Below are positions 55,013-63,803 of a stretch of 64,000 nucleotides of DNA, piece by piece. The stretch lies in the NCBI GenBank assembly GCA_027622595.1, contig JAQBZZ010000004.1, positions 575-64,574 on the forward strand, read 5' to 3'. Numbering within the stretch: position 1 is the stretch's first letter; each line of letters starts with the position of its first letter. The notes beneath the pieces were generated by a model. It was not told the origin of the DNA. It made no database searches and saw only the letters and a program-made list of their open reading frames with translations. Both the position numbers and the translations under genes were made by a program. This DNA is from Chloroflexota bacterium (GTDB lineage: Bacteria > Chloroflexota > Dehalococcoidia > Lucifugimonadales > UBA2985).

Positions 55013-57817
55013 CTACTCCATATCTCCCCAGGTGTAACCTGTCTTCAACTCCACACTCAGTGGCACGATAAGTTCAAGGGCCGCGGGCATCAACTCCAGC
55101 ACCATCGCCCGCATGACCTCCATCTCCTCCACCGGCACCTCGAAGATCAGCTCGTCGTGGACTTGCAGGATCATCCTGGTACGCAGGCCATCTTCCTGCA
55201 TACGCTTGTCTATGTTTATCATCGCCAGCTTGATGATGTCCGCGGCGGTGCCCTGAATGGGCATGTTCACCGCCATCCGCTCGGCGGCCTGCCTCACCTG
55301 GAAGTTGGATGCGTTGACCTCAGGGATGTAGCGGCGGCGGCCACACATCGTCTCAAGGTAGCCCAGCTTCCTGGCCTGCGCCTTGGTGGCCTCCAAGTAC
55401 TCCTGAATGCCGGGGTATCTGGCAAAGTAGCTTTCGATGAACTTGGCCCCCTCGTCACGGGGCAGGTCGGTCTGCTGCGAGATGCCGTAGGCGCTGAGTC
55501 CGTATACAACTCCGAAGTTCATTATCTTGGCGATGCGCCTCATGTCCGATGTCACGGCGTCGAGGGCCACCCCGTACACCTGGGACGCGGTCGCCGCGTG
55601 GATGTCCTCGCCACGCAGGAAGGCGTCCACCAGCCCCTTGTCCTCGGAGAGATGTGCAAGCACTCTCAACTCTATTTGCGAATAATCGGCGGCAAGGAGC
55701 GTCCACCTTGGCGCGTCCTGGGCAACGAAGGCCTTGCGCACCTCCCGGCCAAGCTCCGTACGGACGGGTATGTTTTGCAAATTGGGGTCGTTGCTGGAGA
55801 CGCGCCCCGTTGCCGACCCCGTCTGGTTGTAGCTTGTATGCACCCGCCCGGTCCAGTGGTTGATGAGTTGCGGAAGGGCGTCCACGTAGGTCGACTTCAG
55901 CTTGGCGAGCTCCCTGTATTCCAGGATGCCGTCAAGGACCTGAGGGGCCCTTGGATCCGCGCCCTCCGCATGCCCCTCGTTTATCATCACCTTCAGGTTT
56001 TCTAACACCGAGGCATCGGTGGAGTAGCCCGTCTTGGTGCGCTTGGTCTTTGGAAGCCGCAGCTCGTTGAACAGCACCTCGGCCAGTTGCTGGGTGGAGT
56101 TGAGCATGAACCGATGGCCCACGGTCTGAAGCACCTCATCCTCCACCTGGAAAAGGCGTTCGCCAAGAGTCTTCGACATCTCATTGAGGCGTTCTGCATT
56201 CAGGGATACGCCGTTGCGCTGTATCCTCACAAGCACAGGCACCAGGGGCACCTCCATATTGGCGAAAACGTCCCTCAGCTTGCTCTCAGGCTTCATCTCG
56301 ACCTCGAACAGGTCTCGCAAACGCTGCGTCATGTCTGCGTCCGCGGCGGCGTACTTCGATGCCTCGCCGACGGGCACCTGTGCCATTGTCTTTTGATTAC
56401 GGCCCGTGCCGATGAGGGCATCGATGTGGGTCATCTCAACGTTCAGGCGGGTGAAGGCGAGGCTCTTGAGACCGATGGCCTTCTCTCCAAGCAGGTGCGC
56501 CGCCACCATCGTATCGAAGTCAAGGTTGCGCACCTCAATGCCGTAGTTGGCAAGCACCGTCATATCGTAGTTGCCGTTGTGGGCGGTTTTGGCCACGCTG
56601 GGGTCTTCCAGCAGGGGCTTGAGGAGGGCCAAGGCTTCTTCGATGGGAATCTGTTTTCCCTCCAAGTGCCCAACCGGTATGTAGCTCGCGGTGCCTGAGG
56701 CGCTTGAAAATGAGAGGCCAACAAGGTCGCAGGCCATCGGGTCCTTGCCGGTGGTCTCCAGATCGAAGGCGAAGCTGCCCGCGCCCTGCAAATCCGATAT
56801 AAGGGCCACCAGGTCTTCGACGTTGTCAACGGTGTGGTAGTCCCCTTCTATTGCAGTCTCCGCGGCCATGAGCACTCCCTGGGACGCCTGCTCCGTCGAG
56901 TCGTCCGCGACCTTGGGAACACGGGCCACGATGCTGTTGAACTCAAGCTCACGCAGCAGGGAAAGCACCTTCTCGCGGTCGTAGCGCCAGAAGCGGCACG
57001 CTTCCGCGTCCAGGGTGATCGGCACCTCGTCGACTATGGTGGTGAGTTCAAGGCTCTGCCTTGCATCGGCCTCGTGGTATGCCAGCAGATCGCGTATCCG
57101 TGGTGGTGCTACCTTATCGAGGTTGGCATAAATCCCATCAATGCTGCCATAGTCCTGTATCAGCTTGATGGCGGTCTTCACACCTATGCCGGGGACTCCC
57201 CGAATGTTGTCCGAGGTATCACCCTGCAGGGCCTTCACATGCGGCTGTTGAGTCGGGGTCAAGCCGCCATACCGCTCACGGACCGCTGCCAGGTCGTAGA
57301 TGACCCTGTCCTGGATGCTGCGGTTCAGGGCAACACGCACGGTGGGGGAAACAAGCTGGAGGGTGTCGGTGTCGCCTGTGAGGATGATGGTGTCCATGTC
57401 CTGTTCGGTGGCCTGCCGGCAGAGGGTGCCAATAACGTCGTCGCCCTCGTACTCCTCCACCTCGAATATGGGGACGTTGAAAGCCTCCATCAGGCGTCGC
57501 ACCCAGGGAAACTGCCCTCTCAGGTCCTGGGGGGTCTCGGGCCTCTGTGCTTTGTAATCGGCGTACATGATGTGCCTGAAGGTGGGCGCAGGCAGGTCAA
57601 AAGCGATGGCGCAGTGGCTCGGTCTCCACTCCTGAATGGCCTTTATGAATGCGTTGGCGAAGCCGTACACGCCCCGCACGTCCTCTTCGGTCTTGCTCAA
57701 CGTGAGGGGCGCAGGAATGGCATGCCACGCCCTGTGCACCATCGCATGCCCGTCCATGAGCATGAGGAACGGCCTTTCCGGCAAGAGAGGCATTGTTTCC
57801 GGTTTAGTATTTGGCAT
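55013..57817 (-). CDS. polA: DNA polymerase I
   Basis: It has a 5'-3' exonuclease N-terminus and a 3'-5' exonuclease domain (FAFDLETTG). Pol motifs A (DYSQIELR), B (RRIAKIMNFGVVYG) and C (QVHDE) are all present. Confidence 0.97.
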   Translation of the reverse strand: MPNTKPETMPLLPERPFLMLMDGHAMVHRAWHAIPAPLTLSKTEEDVRGVYGFANAFIKAIQEWRPSHCAIAFDLPAPTFRHIMYADYKAQRPETPQDLRGQFPWVRRLMEAFNVPIFEVEEYEGDDVIGTLCRQATEQDMDTIILTGDTDTLQLVSPTVRVALNRSIQDRVIYDLAAVRERYGGLTPTQQPHVKALQGDTSDNIRGVPGIGVKTAIKLIQDYGSIDGIYANLDKVAPPRIRDLLAYHEADARQSLELTTIVDEVPITLDAEACRFWRYDREKVLSLLRELEFNSIVARVPKVADDSTEQASQGVLMAAETAIEGDYHTVDNVEDLVALISDLQGAGSFAFDLETTGKDPMACDLVGLSFSSASGTASYIPVGHLEGKQIPIEEALALLKPLLEDPSVAKTAHNGNYDMTVLANYGIEVRNLDFDTMVAAHLLGEKAIGLKSLAFTRLNVEMTHIDALIGTGRNQKTMAQVPVGEASKYAAADADMTQRLRDLFEVEMKPESKLRDVFANMEVPLVPVLVRIQRNGVSLNAERLNEMSKTLGERLFQVEDEVLQTVGHRFMLNSTQQLAEVLFNELRLPKTKRTKTGYSTDASVLENLKVMINEGHAEGADPRAPQVLDGILEYRELAKLKSTYVDALPQLINHWTGRVHTSYNQTGSATGRVSSNDPNLQNIPVRTELGREVRKAFVAQDAPRWTLLAADYSQIELRVLAHLSEDKGLVDAFLRGEDIHAATASQVYGVALDAVTSDMRRIAKIMNFGVVYGLSAYGISQQTDLPRDEGAKFIESYFARYPGIQEYLEATKAQARKLGYLETMCGRRRYIPEVNASNFQVRQAAERMAVNMPIQGTAADIIKLAMINIDKRMQEDGLRTRMILQVHDELIFEVPVEEMEVMRAMVLELMPAALELIVPLSVELKTGYTWGDME

Positions 57818-57908
57818 AGTTTATCTCTCCAATCGACCGGGAAACCGACTAAGCAATCGGCTAGGAGATTATACCCCTATATGAGGTTGTGGTGTAAAAA
57901 TCAGGGGA

Positions 57909-58766
57909 TTATGTGACGGCGCTGAAGATGATGACGCCTCCCAGGACCGCGACTATGCCCACCATCTGTAGTTGAGTCAATCGCTCCTTGAAAAGCACGA
58001 CGGCCAGTGCCATGGTCACTGCAGGATAGGCAGTCGCAATGGGAATTACGAGTGATACAGGGTTCCGCTCTATTCCAAGGTTGAAGGCTACGAAACCAAG
58101 GGAGTCCAATATCCCAGCGCCTATCACCAGAAGCCCAGCTCCACTCCTAAAGCGAAACCACGCTACTCTCCTGGCCGTTAGATAAATGCTCAGAAAGACT
58201 GTGGAAAAGATTCGGACGGAGGCCACCGCCAGGAATGGGCCGACGTCATCCACCAATGGCTTCCAAAGGGTAAAGGCAACCCCCATGACCATCATCGCCG
58301 TGACGCCGTACCAGACCCCGCTGATGGAGGCGCCGCTTCTACCTCTGGTTGATGCTAGGACTATCCCCATCAAAATCACGCCTATCAGCAGCCACTTGAC
58401 CAGCCCCACCACCTCATCGAAAAAGATGGCTGTCAGAACGGTGGTGACAACCAGGTAGCACGCCGACAGGGGACTGACTATGGACACCATGCCTCGCTCC
58501 AGTCCCCTGTAGAAAACGGAGTATCCCACGGCGAGAAGCAAACCAGTCAAGACAGCAAGGATCACGAAATCCACACTCACCAGGGCACTCCAGGCGGAGT
58601 CGCTGAGCAGTGCTGCCAGCAGGGGCGGAGCTATACCCAGACCCTGAATCACCAGGGTCACAGATGCGCTTCCCATGCGAACGGACGCATACTTTGCGAG
58701 CATGTCGGCCACACCCCAGGCAAACATGCTCGCAAAACCCCAGAGTGCAGGGTCTGCCTGCGACAT
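57909..58766 (-). CDS. EamA/DMT-family transporter
   Basis: Ten hydrophobic segments form two EamA-like halves. Confidence 0.8.
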   Translation of the reverse strand: MSQADPALWGFASMFAWGVADMLAKYASVRMGSASVTLVIQGLGIAPPLLAALLSDSAWSALVSVDFVILAVLTGLLLAVGYSVFYRGLERGMVSIVSPLSACYLVVTTVLTAIFFDEVVGLVKWLLIGVILMGIVLASTRGRSGASISGVWYGVTAMMVMGVAFTLWKPLVDDVGPFLAVASVRIFSTVFLSIYLTARRVAWFRFRSGAGLLVIGAGILDSLGFVAFNLGIERNPVSLVIPIATAYPAVTMALAVVLFKERLTQLQMVGIVAVLGGVIIFSAVT

Positions 58767-58867
58767 AGATGCTCCCTGTTTTCTATTTTTCTACAACATG
58801 GTAAGAGGCCTCTCGTTGAACAGGGAGGCCTCTTACCGTACTAACGGAGTATAACTTAAGGGTTGGT

Positions 58868-59944
58868 CTAGCCAGTGCTGGATTGGGTTTTCGTCATCTC
58901 TTTCCTGACACTGCGGATAGCGGCGTAATCCTCACGCCGCCAGTTGTAGGGCAGTTCAACCACCGTCCCGGGAGTAGTCACGTTCACCAGGGCCTCCAAT
59001 GAGTCCTCAATGATAACCCGCTGCTGGTCGGCATTGCCCGGCTCTCCCAACGGACGGCCGAACGGAAAGCGAACGTGAACCACCCGCGGAGGCCGTATGC
59101 GCTCCTCGGTCTCCTTGAACATCATCACGATAACCGTTGGAATTCCCACCGCTTCTATCGCCCTTGCTACCAGTCCGCCGGACCGGTTGCAGTGAGGTCA
59201 GGTTGCTGTGATGAAGGCGGCGTCGACACCAGCCTGCTTCAGACGCCGCGCCACCTCCGGCGCAGTCTCTTCCATTAGAGCGTTGGTGTTGGCACTTATC
59301 AGCCCCATGAAGCTATACGCCGTTGGTGCCAGTTCACCTATCTTCCCCTCGGCCTCCATCTCCAGGAGACGCTGCAAGGGGAACACGCAGTTCATGTCGG
59401 CCTCCGGCCCGGAGATATCGTACCCGCGGTGCTTTACCCGAAGCTGGTCAACTGGATGTAAGACGTCAGCGATTTTGGACACTTTTTGAGGCCTAATAAA
59501 CCCGAGAGATTTTGGGGTGGTTAGACCTCCGAGAGTCCGCAGCGTGAGTGCTACCTGGGCTTCCATATTTAGTGCTGGATGGCAGCACGTGAACATCAGG
59601 CGAAGACGATCGTCCTCGAGAGTTGAATCTGATTCATCTTTCATGTCAAACGCTTCTTGAACCAATCGCTCCGGCTCAGCTAAAGCTTCATATTTTTCAG
59701 CCCGTCGGTGCTCGCGGCGGACTCCATCAATGGCCCTATGTTTTGCAGCAGTGACAAGCCATGCTGCCGGGTTGTTCGGGATACCGTCGCGTCGCCATGC
59801 ATGCAAGGCAACCGTAAACGCATCCTGGACAGCTTCTTCAGCCAAATCGAAATCGTTGAGCACACGAATCATTGTCGCAACGATACGACCGTATTCTTCA
59901 CGAAAGACGAGTTCGGCTATTTCCTCCACAGTGGGCATAAGCAA
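58868..59944 (-). CDS. chimeric ORF: ECF sigma factor N-terminus fused to a GrdB/PrdB-family C-terminal region, read through an in-frame TGA (candidate selenocysteine)
   Basis: Residues 1-144 are sigma region 2-like (DAFTVALHAW...DDRLRLMFTCCHPAL...LGGLTTP). From about residue 150 the sequence is GrdB-like (DMNCVFPLQRLLEMEAEGKIG...YSFMG...VDAAFITAT-TGA-PHCNRSGGLVARAIEAVGIPTVIV...VRFPFGRPLG). The frame stays open across the TGA at 59200-59198, giving 358 codons in total. The ORF track splits this into 59198-59944 and 58868-59149. Confidence 0.45.
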
Positions 59945-59995
59945 GTCAACTCTCCCAGCCCGATGTTCTACTGGGTCGAGGGTCTCTAGTCTATC

Positions 59996-60355
59996 CTACT
60001 GGTTCGGGATCTCCCTAACGGGTCGTACCTCTACGGATCCACCAGTGGATACGTGGGGCATCTTGGCAGCCCATTCGATGGCTTCATCAAGATCATTGGC
60101 ATCCATAATAAAGTATCCGCCGAGCTGCTCCTTTGTCTCCGCGAACGGACCATCCGTCATGAGTGTCCTGTCGTGTTCGAGCCGAATCGTAGTGGCGGAC
60201 GGAGTTAGCTGCAGGGCTTCGCCTGCCAGCATCTTACCGGACTTCTGAAAAGCGTCCGTGTATTTCATCCAAGTATCTATATGTGCTGCCATTTCCTCCT
60301 GGGACATGCCTTCCCTGGCCTTCTCGTTGTCGTAGATCAGCAACATGTACCGCAT
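59996..60355 (-). CDS. YciI-family (DGPF domain) protein
   Basis: MRYMLLIY...DGPFAETKEQLGGYFI.D....EA.EWA...P is present. This is the usual upstream partner of COG4941-type ECF sigma factors. Confidence 0.85.
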   Translation of the reverse strand: MRYMLLIYDNEKAREGMSQEEMAAHIDTWMKYTDAFQKSGKMLAGEALQLTPSATTIRLEHDRTLMTDGPFAETKEQLGGYFIMDANDLDEAIEWAAKMPHVSTGGSVEVRPVREIPNQ

Positions 60356-60599
60356 TGTGCCCTCCAGTATTGGTTTTTCGAAGCCATTAAAACGGCCTCA
60401 ATGATACGACGAACAGCTTACAGGAATTTCGACCTTCAAGGGAATGATTGCCAGAGATTGCCCATGGGGAACGGGCTATGGATACTTGGCCCCACTAGGG
60501 TTGCAGTTATCAACCGTCCTTCCCCGCAGAAAAGACAACCGACCATTACAACAGTCGCTAAACGTGGGTGCAGGGTGTACCCTGCCCTGCCCTGCCCTG

Positions 60600-61712
60600 C
60601 TATTCGAAGACGCGAAGAATCTCGTACTTGGTGGTACGCTGCGCGGGCGTAAAGCCAGCGTCCCTAATCATGGACTGAGTTTCCTCCGTGGATGTGCGGT
60701 TGTAGAAGCCGGCCTCCTGCATCACATTCTCATCGAACAGCGTCCCGCCGAAGTCGTCACCACCGAAGCTCAGTGCAACCTCGCCCGTCTTCTTGCCCTC
60801 GGAGAACCACGAGGCCTGGATGTGCTGGATGTTGTCCAGGTATATCCTGGATATCGCTATCATACGCAGATATGGATTGGGGCCTGACTCCTCTTTCACA
60901 CGCTTTGCGAGTGGAGTGTTCCCACGTTTGTAGCTCCAGGGAACAAAGGCCGTGAAGCCCTCCATGCCAGCAACCAGAGCTTCGTCCTGCAGGAAGCGTG
61001 TGCGCTCCAAATGCTCGATGACGTCCTCCGGCTGCTCCAAATGGCCGTACATCATAGTGGCGGTGGTGCGATACCCCAGGCGGTGCGCCTCACGATGCAC
61101 CTCTTCCCAGTCCTCCGCCCTGCCCTTGGGCCACAGGCGGCTGAGACGGCGCTTGACCCTGTTGGAAAGCACCTCTGACCCGCCCCCTGGCAGGGTCTCC
61201 TGGCCCGCTTCCTTTAGCCTGCGGAGCACCTCCGACACCGGCATCTCCGAGACCTGCGACATCTTCTGTATCTCCGGCGCCGAGAAGTAGTGGGGCAGCA
61301 CATGGGGGTACAGACGTTTGGTCTCGCGCACAAGCTCCTCGTAGTACTCCATTGGCAGTTTGGAGTTGAGTCCCCCTTGCAAAAGGACCGTTGTGACTCC
61401 CTTGGCTGACGCCTGGCCGACCATCTCCATGACCTGCTCCACTGTGTAGGTGTAGGCGTCCGAGTCCTTCTCAGTGCGATAGAACGCACAGAAGGTGCAG
61501 AAGGCATCGCATATGTTGGTGTAGTTGAGGTTCGTGTCGATCACAAAGGTGACGATTGGGTCCGGGTTATGCCGGTATCGAACCTCCTGCGCCAGGCTCC
61601 CAAGGTCAAGCAACGGGGCCTCTTTGAGCAGATAAAGCCCGTCCTCCGGCGTAATCCTTTCGCCAGCCAGTACCTTCGCCGCCACGTCTTTCATGGATGC
61701 TACCGTGGTCAT
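60600..61712 (-). CDS. mqnC: cyclic dehypoxanthinyl futalosine synthase (radical SAM)
   Basis: NLNYTNICDAFCTFCAFYR (CxxxCxxC cluster motif) is present. The start ATG at 61712 overlaps the mqnA stop (ATGA). Confidence 0.8.
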   Translation of the reverse strand: MTTVASMKDVAAKVLAGERITPEDGLYLLKEAPLLDLGSLAQEVRYRHNPDPIVTFVIDTNLNYTNICDAFCTFCAFYRTEKDSDAYTYTVEQVMEMVGQASAKGVTTVLLQGGLNSKLPMEYYEELVRETKRLYPHVLPHYFSAPEIQKMSQVSEMPVSEVLRRLKEAGQETLPGGGSEVLSNRVKRRLSRLWPKGRAEDWEEVHREAHRLGYRTTATMMYGHLEQPEDVIEHLERTRFLQDEALVAGMEGFTAFVPWSYKRGNTPLAKRVKEESGPNPYLRMIAISRIYLDNIQHIQASWFSEGKKTGEVALSFGGDDFGGTLFDENVMQEAGFYNRTSTEETQSMIRDAGFTPAQRTTKYEILRVFE

Positions 61713-62503
61713 ATGATTGTCTCCTTTGTCTTTGTCGGGGAGAGGGAGCGCCATGCCCCCTCAAATTCCTCTATAGCCTGCCAATCTTCCTCTGACAGAA
61801 CGTATCGGAAGGCCTCCAGATAGTCGATCACCTCAGTGGAGGTCATGCCCATGTGCTCCCGCCTATCGGCAATGACCTTCAGATTGTTTTTCATATTCTC
61901 AGCCAGGTTCTTCCTCAACCCGTCTGCCAGCATCCTCTTCACACCCGAGTCCAGGGTACGGCGGACCATCCACGCAGCGAAGACAAAGGGAAGGCCCTTC
62001 CATTTCAGCCACTCGTCTGCCAGGTCGTAGCGGTACGGAAAGCCCTCCACACTGTCGTGCGTGACAAGGGCCTCATCGCCGATGAGCAAGAAGGCACTCA
62101 GCCCTGGAGATTCCAGGCCGACGTACTTCCTGGGACGCACTTCGTAACGCTGTTCCAAAAGCACCTTCATAAGCTGCACCGCGGTGGCCGATTCCTGGGT
62201 CACGCCCACCACGGCCCCTGAAATCTCGCCCATTGGAACACGCGAATAGAACAAAATACTCCGCACAGGCCCCTTGACGCTGATGCCCATGTCGCCAAGG
62301 CTCTCGTACTTATCTCTCAGGCCGAAGCTCTGCACAAGGGAGAATGGCGCCGCATCCAACTCTTCTGCCTGTGCCAGCGGCCCCATAGAACTGGGAGGCA
62401 TGGGGCAAAGCTCAATGCCATCAAGGGCAAGGCCGTGAAAGAAAGGCTCGCAGTTCAGGTACGGTATCTGCCCGATCCTAACTATCGTAGACATGAATCT
62501 CAT
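61709..62503 (-). CDS. mqnA: chorismate dehydratase (MqnA family)
   Basis: The N-terminus is RIGQIPYLNCEPF, and the length fits the periplasmic-binding-like fold. The start could be 62503 or 62494. Confidence 0.75.
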   Translation of the reverse strand: MRFMSTIVRIGQIPYLNCEPFFHGLALDGIELCPMPPSSMGPLAQAEELDAAPFSLVQSFGLRDKYESLGDMGISVKGPVRSILFYSRVPMGEISGAVVGVTQESATAVQLMKVLLEQRYEVRPRKYVGLESPGLSAFLLIGDEALVTHDSVEGFPYRYDLADEWLKWKGLPFVFAAWMVRRTLDSGVKRMLADGLRKNLAENMKNNLKVIADRREHMGMTSTEVIDYLEAFRYVLSEEDWQAIEEFEGAWRSLSPTKTKETII

Positions 62504-63584
62504 TGTAGAGGGCGTCCCGCTCCACCGGCGTCTTCCCTGCGTCCCCGATAAGTTTCAGCATCCGCGCCCGTGCAAGGCCAACGGGGCTGGCGGCCTTTGC
62601 CGCGTGGGCAATGCGCTCCTCGCCGATGGTTCCGTCAAGGTCGCTTGCCCCGAAGTTGAGGGCAATGGAGGCGGTCTCCTCGCCTATCATCACCCAGTAG
62701 GCCTTGATGTGGGGAAAGTTGTCCAGCATCAGCCGCGACGTGGCAATCGTCCTCAGGTCCTCGGCGGACGACGCCTGGCGGGGGACCAGGTTGGTGTTAC
62801 CCACCTGGTATTCCAGGGGAATAAAGGCCAGGAAACCGGGGGCCTCGTCCTGCAACTCACGCAGGAGGATCATGTGCTGTATCCGTTCCTCCAGCGTCTC
62901 GATGTGGCCGTACAGTAGGGTGGCGTTGGAGCGGATGCCCATGTTGTGGGCCATGCGGTGAATCTCCAGCCATCGCTCGGCGCTGTTCTTGCCGGGAAAC
63001 AGCTCTTTCCTGACCCGGTTCGAAAAGACCTCGGCGCCGCCGCCGGGCATGGACACCATGCCTGCATCCTTCATGCGACCGAAAACTTCCTCTTCAGTCA
63101 TCTTGAACCGCTTGCAGAAGTAGTCGATCTCCGCGGCCGTCCATGCCTTGATACGGATGGTTGGATAGGCCTCGTGAATACCGCGGATGATCCCCTCGTA
63201 CCGCTCAAAGGGCCAATCGGGGTGGTGCCCCCCCACGATGTGCACCTCCTGCATCTCCGGGTCCAGCTTTGCCAGAATCTCATCCATCCCCATCTCGTAG
63301 GCACCGGCATCGCCCTTCTTCTTGGCAAAGTCGCAGAACGTGCATGAGAGCACACAGATATTGGTGGGGTTTATGTGGCGGTTGAAAACAAAGTAGACCT
63401 TGTCGCCCCAGAGCTTGCGTTTGACGTAATCGGCCATCTGACCAAGCGACATCAGGTCCCGTGTCTGAAGGCAGGTGACGCCGTCTTCAGAGCTGAGCCG
63501 TTGCCCCATTTGCACCTTTTCCCAAATTGGCTCCAGAGACTTGTCTCTGAACTGGATGATGGGTAAAACCGCCGTCGTGGTCAT
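62478..63584 (-). CDS. mqnE: aminodeoxyfutalosine synthase (radical SAM)
   Basis: FNRHINPTNICVLSCTFCDFAKK is present, and the C-terminal part is MqnE-like. Confidence 0.8.
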   Translation of the reverse strand: MTTTAVLPIIQFRDKSLEPIWEKVQMGQRLSSEDGVTCLQTRDLMSLGQMADYVKRKLWGDKVYFVFNRHINPTNICVLSCTFCDFAKKKGDAGAYEMGMDEILAKLDPEMQEVHIVGGHHPDWPFERYEGIIRGIHEAYPTIRIKAWTAAEIDYFCKRFKMTEEEVFGRMKDAGMVSMPGGGAEVFSNRVRKELFPGKNSAERWLEIHRMAHNMGIRSNATLLYGHIETLEERIQHMILLRELQDEAPGFLAFIPLEYQVGNTNLVPRQASSAEDLRTIATSRLMLDNFPHIKAYWVMIGEETASIALNFGASDLDGTIGEERIAHAAKAASPVGLARARMLKLIGDAGKTPVERDALYNEIHVYDS

Positions 63585-63747
63585 TGCGCCTCCGATGTTT
63601 TCTGTGAAGTTTTGCCTGGCAATTCTAAGGACTTCAAGGTGTAGACCGACCAGTCAGTCTACCAATATTACCCATGAGACACACAGGAGTCAAGGGTAAC
63701 TGGTATCTGCCTGTCAAAAAGCGCCTCATGCTGCTCCGTTCGTATGG

Positions 63748-63803
63748 TTCGACAAGCTCAGGGTGAGCGGACTTGCTTTTGCCCGCTCGTGGTGAGCTTG
63801 ACG
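63748..63803. repeat. hairpin repeat of the TTCGACAAGCTCA family
   Basis: TTCGACAAGCTCAGGGTGAGCGG...CCCGCTCGTGGTGAGCTTGACG is related to the hairpin at 7186-7241. Confidence 0.7.

Noticed and set aside
58868-59149. The 93-aa ORF (MGIPTVIVMM...) as an independent gene.
   Set aside because: Its frame is continuous with the upstream ORF across the TGA at 59198-59200. The conserved GrdB-family sequence (PHCNRSGGLVARAIEAV) lies upstream of its ATG, so it is the tail of the larger reading frame.
60580-60599. A (CCCTG)x4 pentanucleotide microsatellite abutting the mqnC stop codon.
   Set aside because: It is real in the sequence but short. It overlaps a small palindrome (GCAGGGTGTACCCTGC) that probably serves as a weak terminator. 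I have no evidence for any further role.
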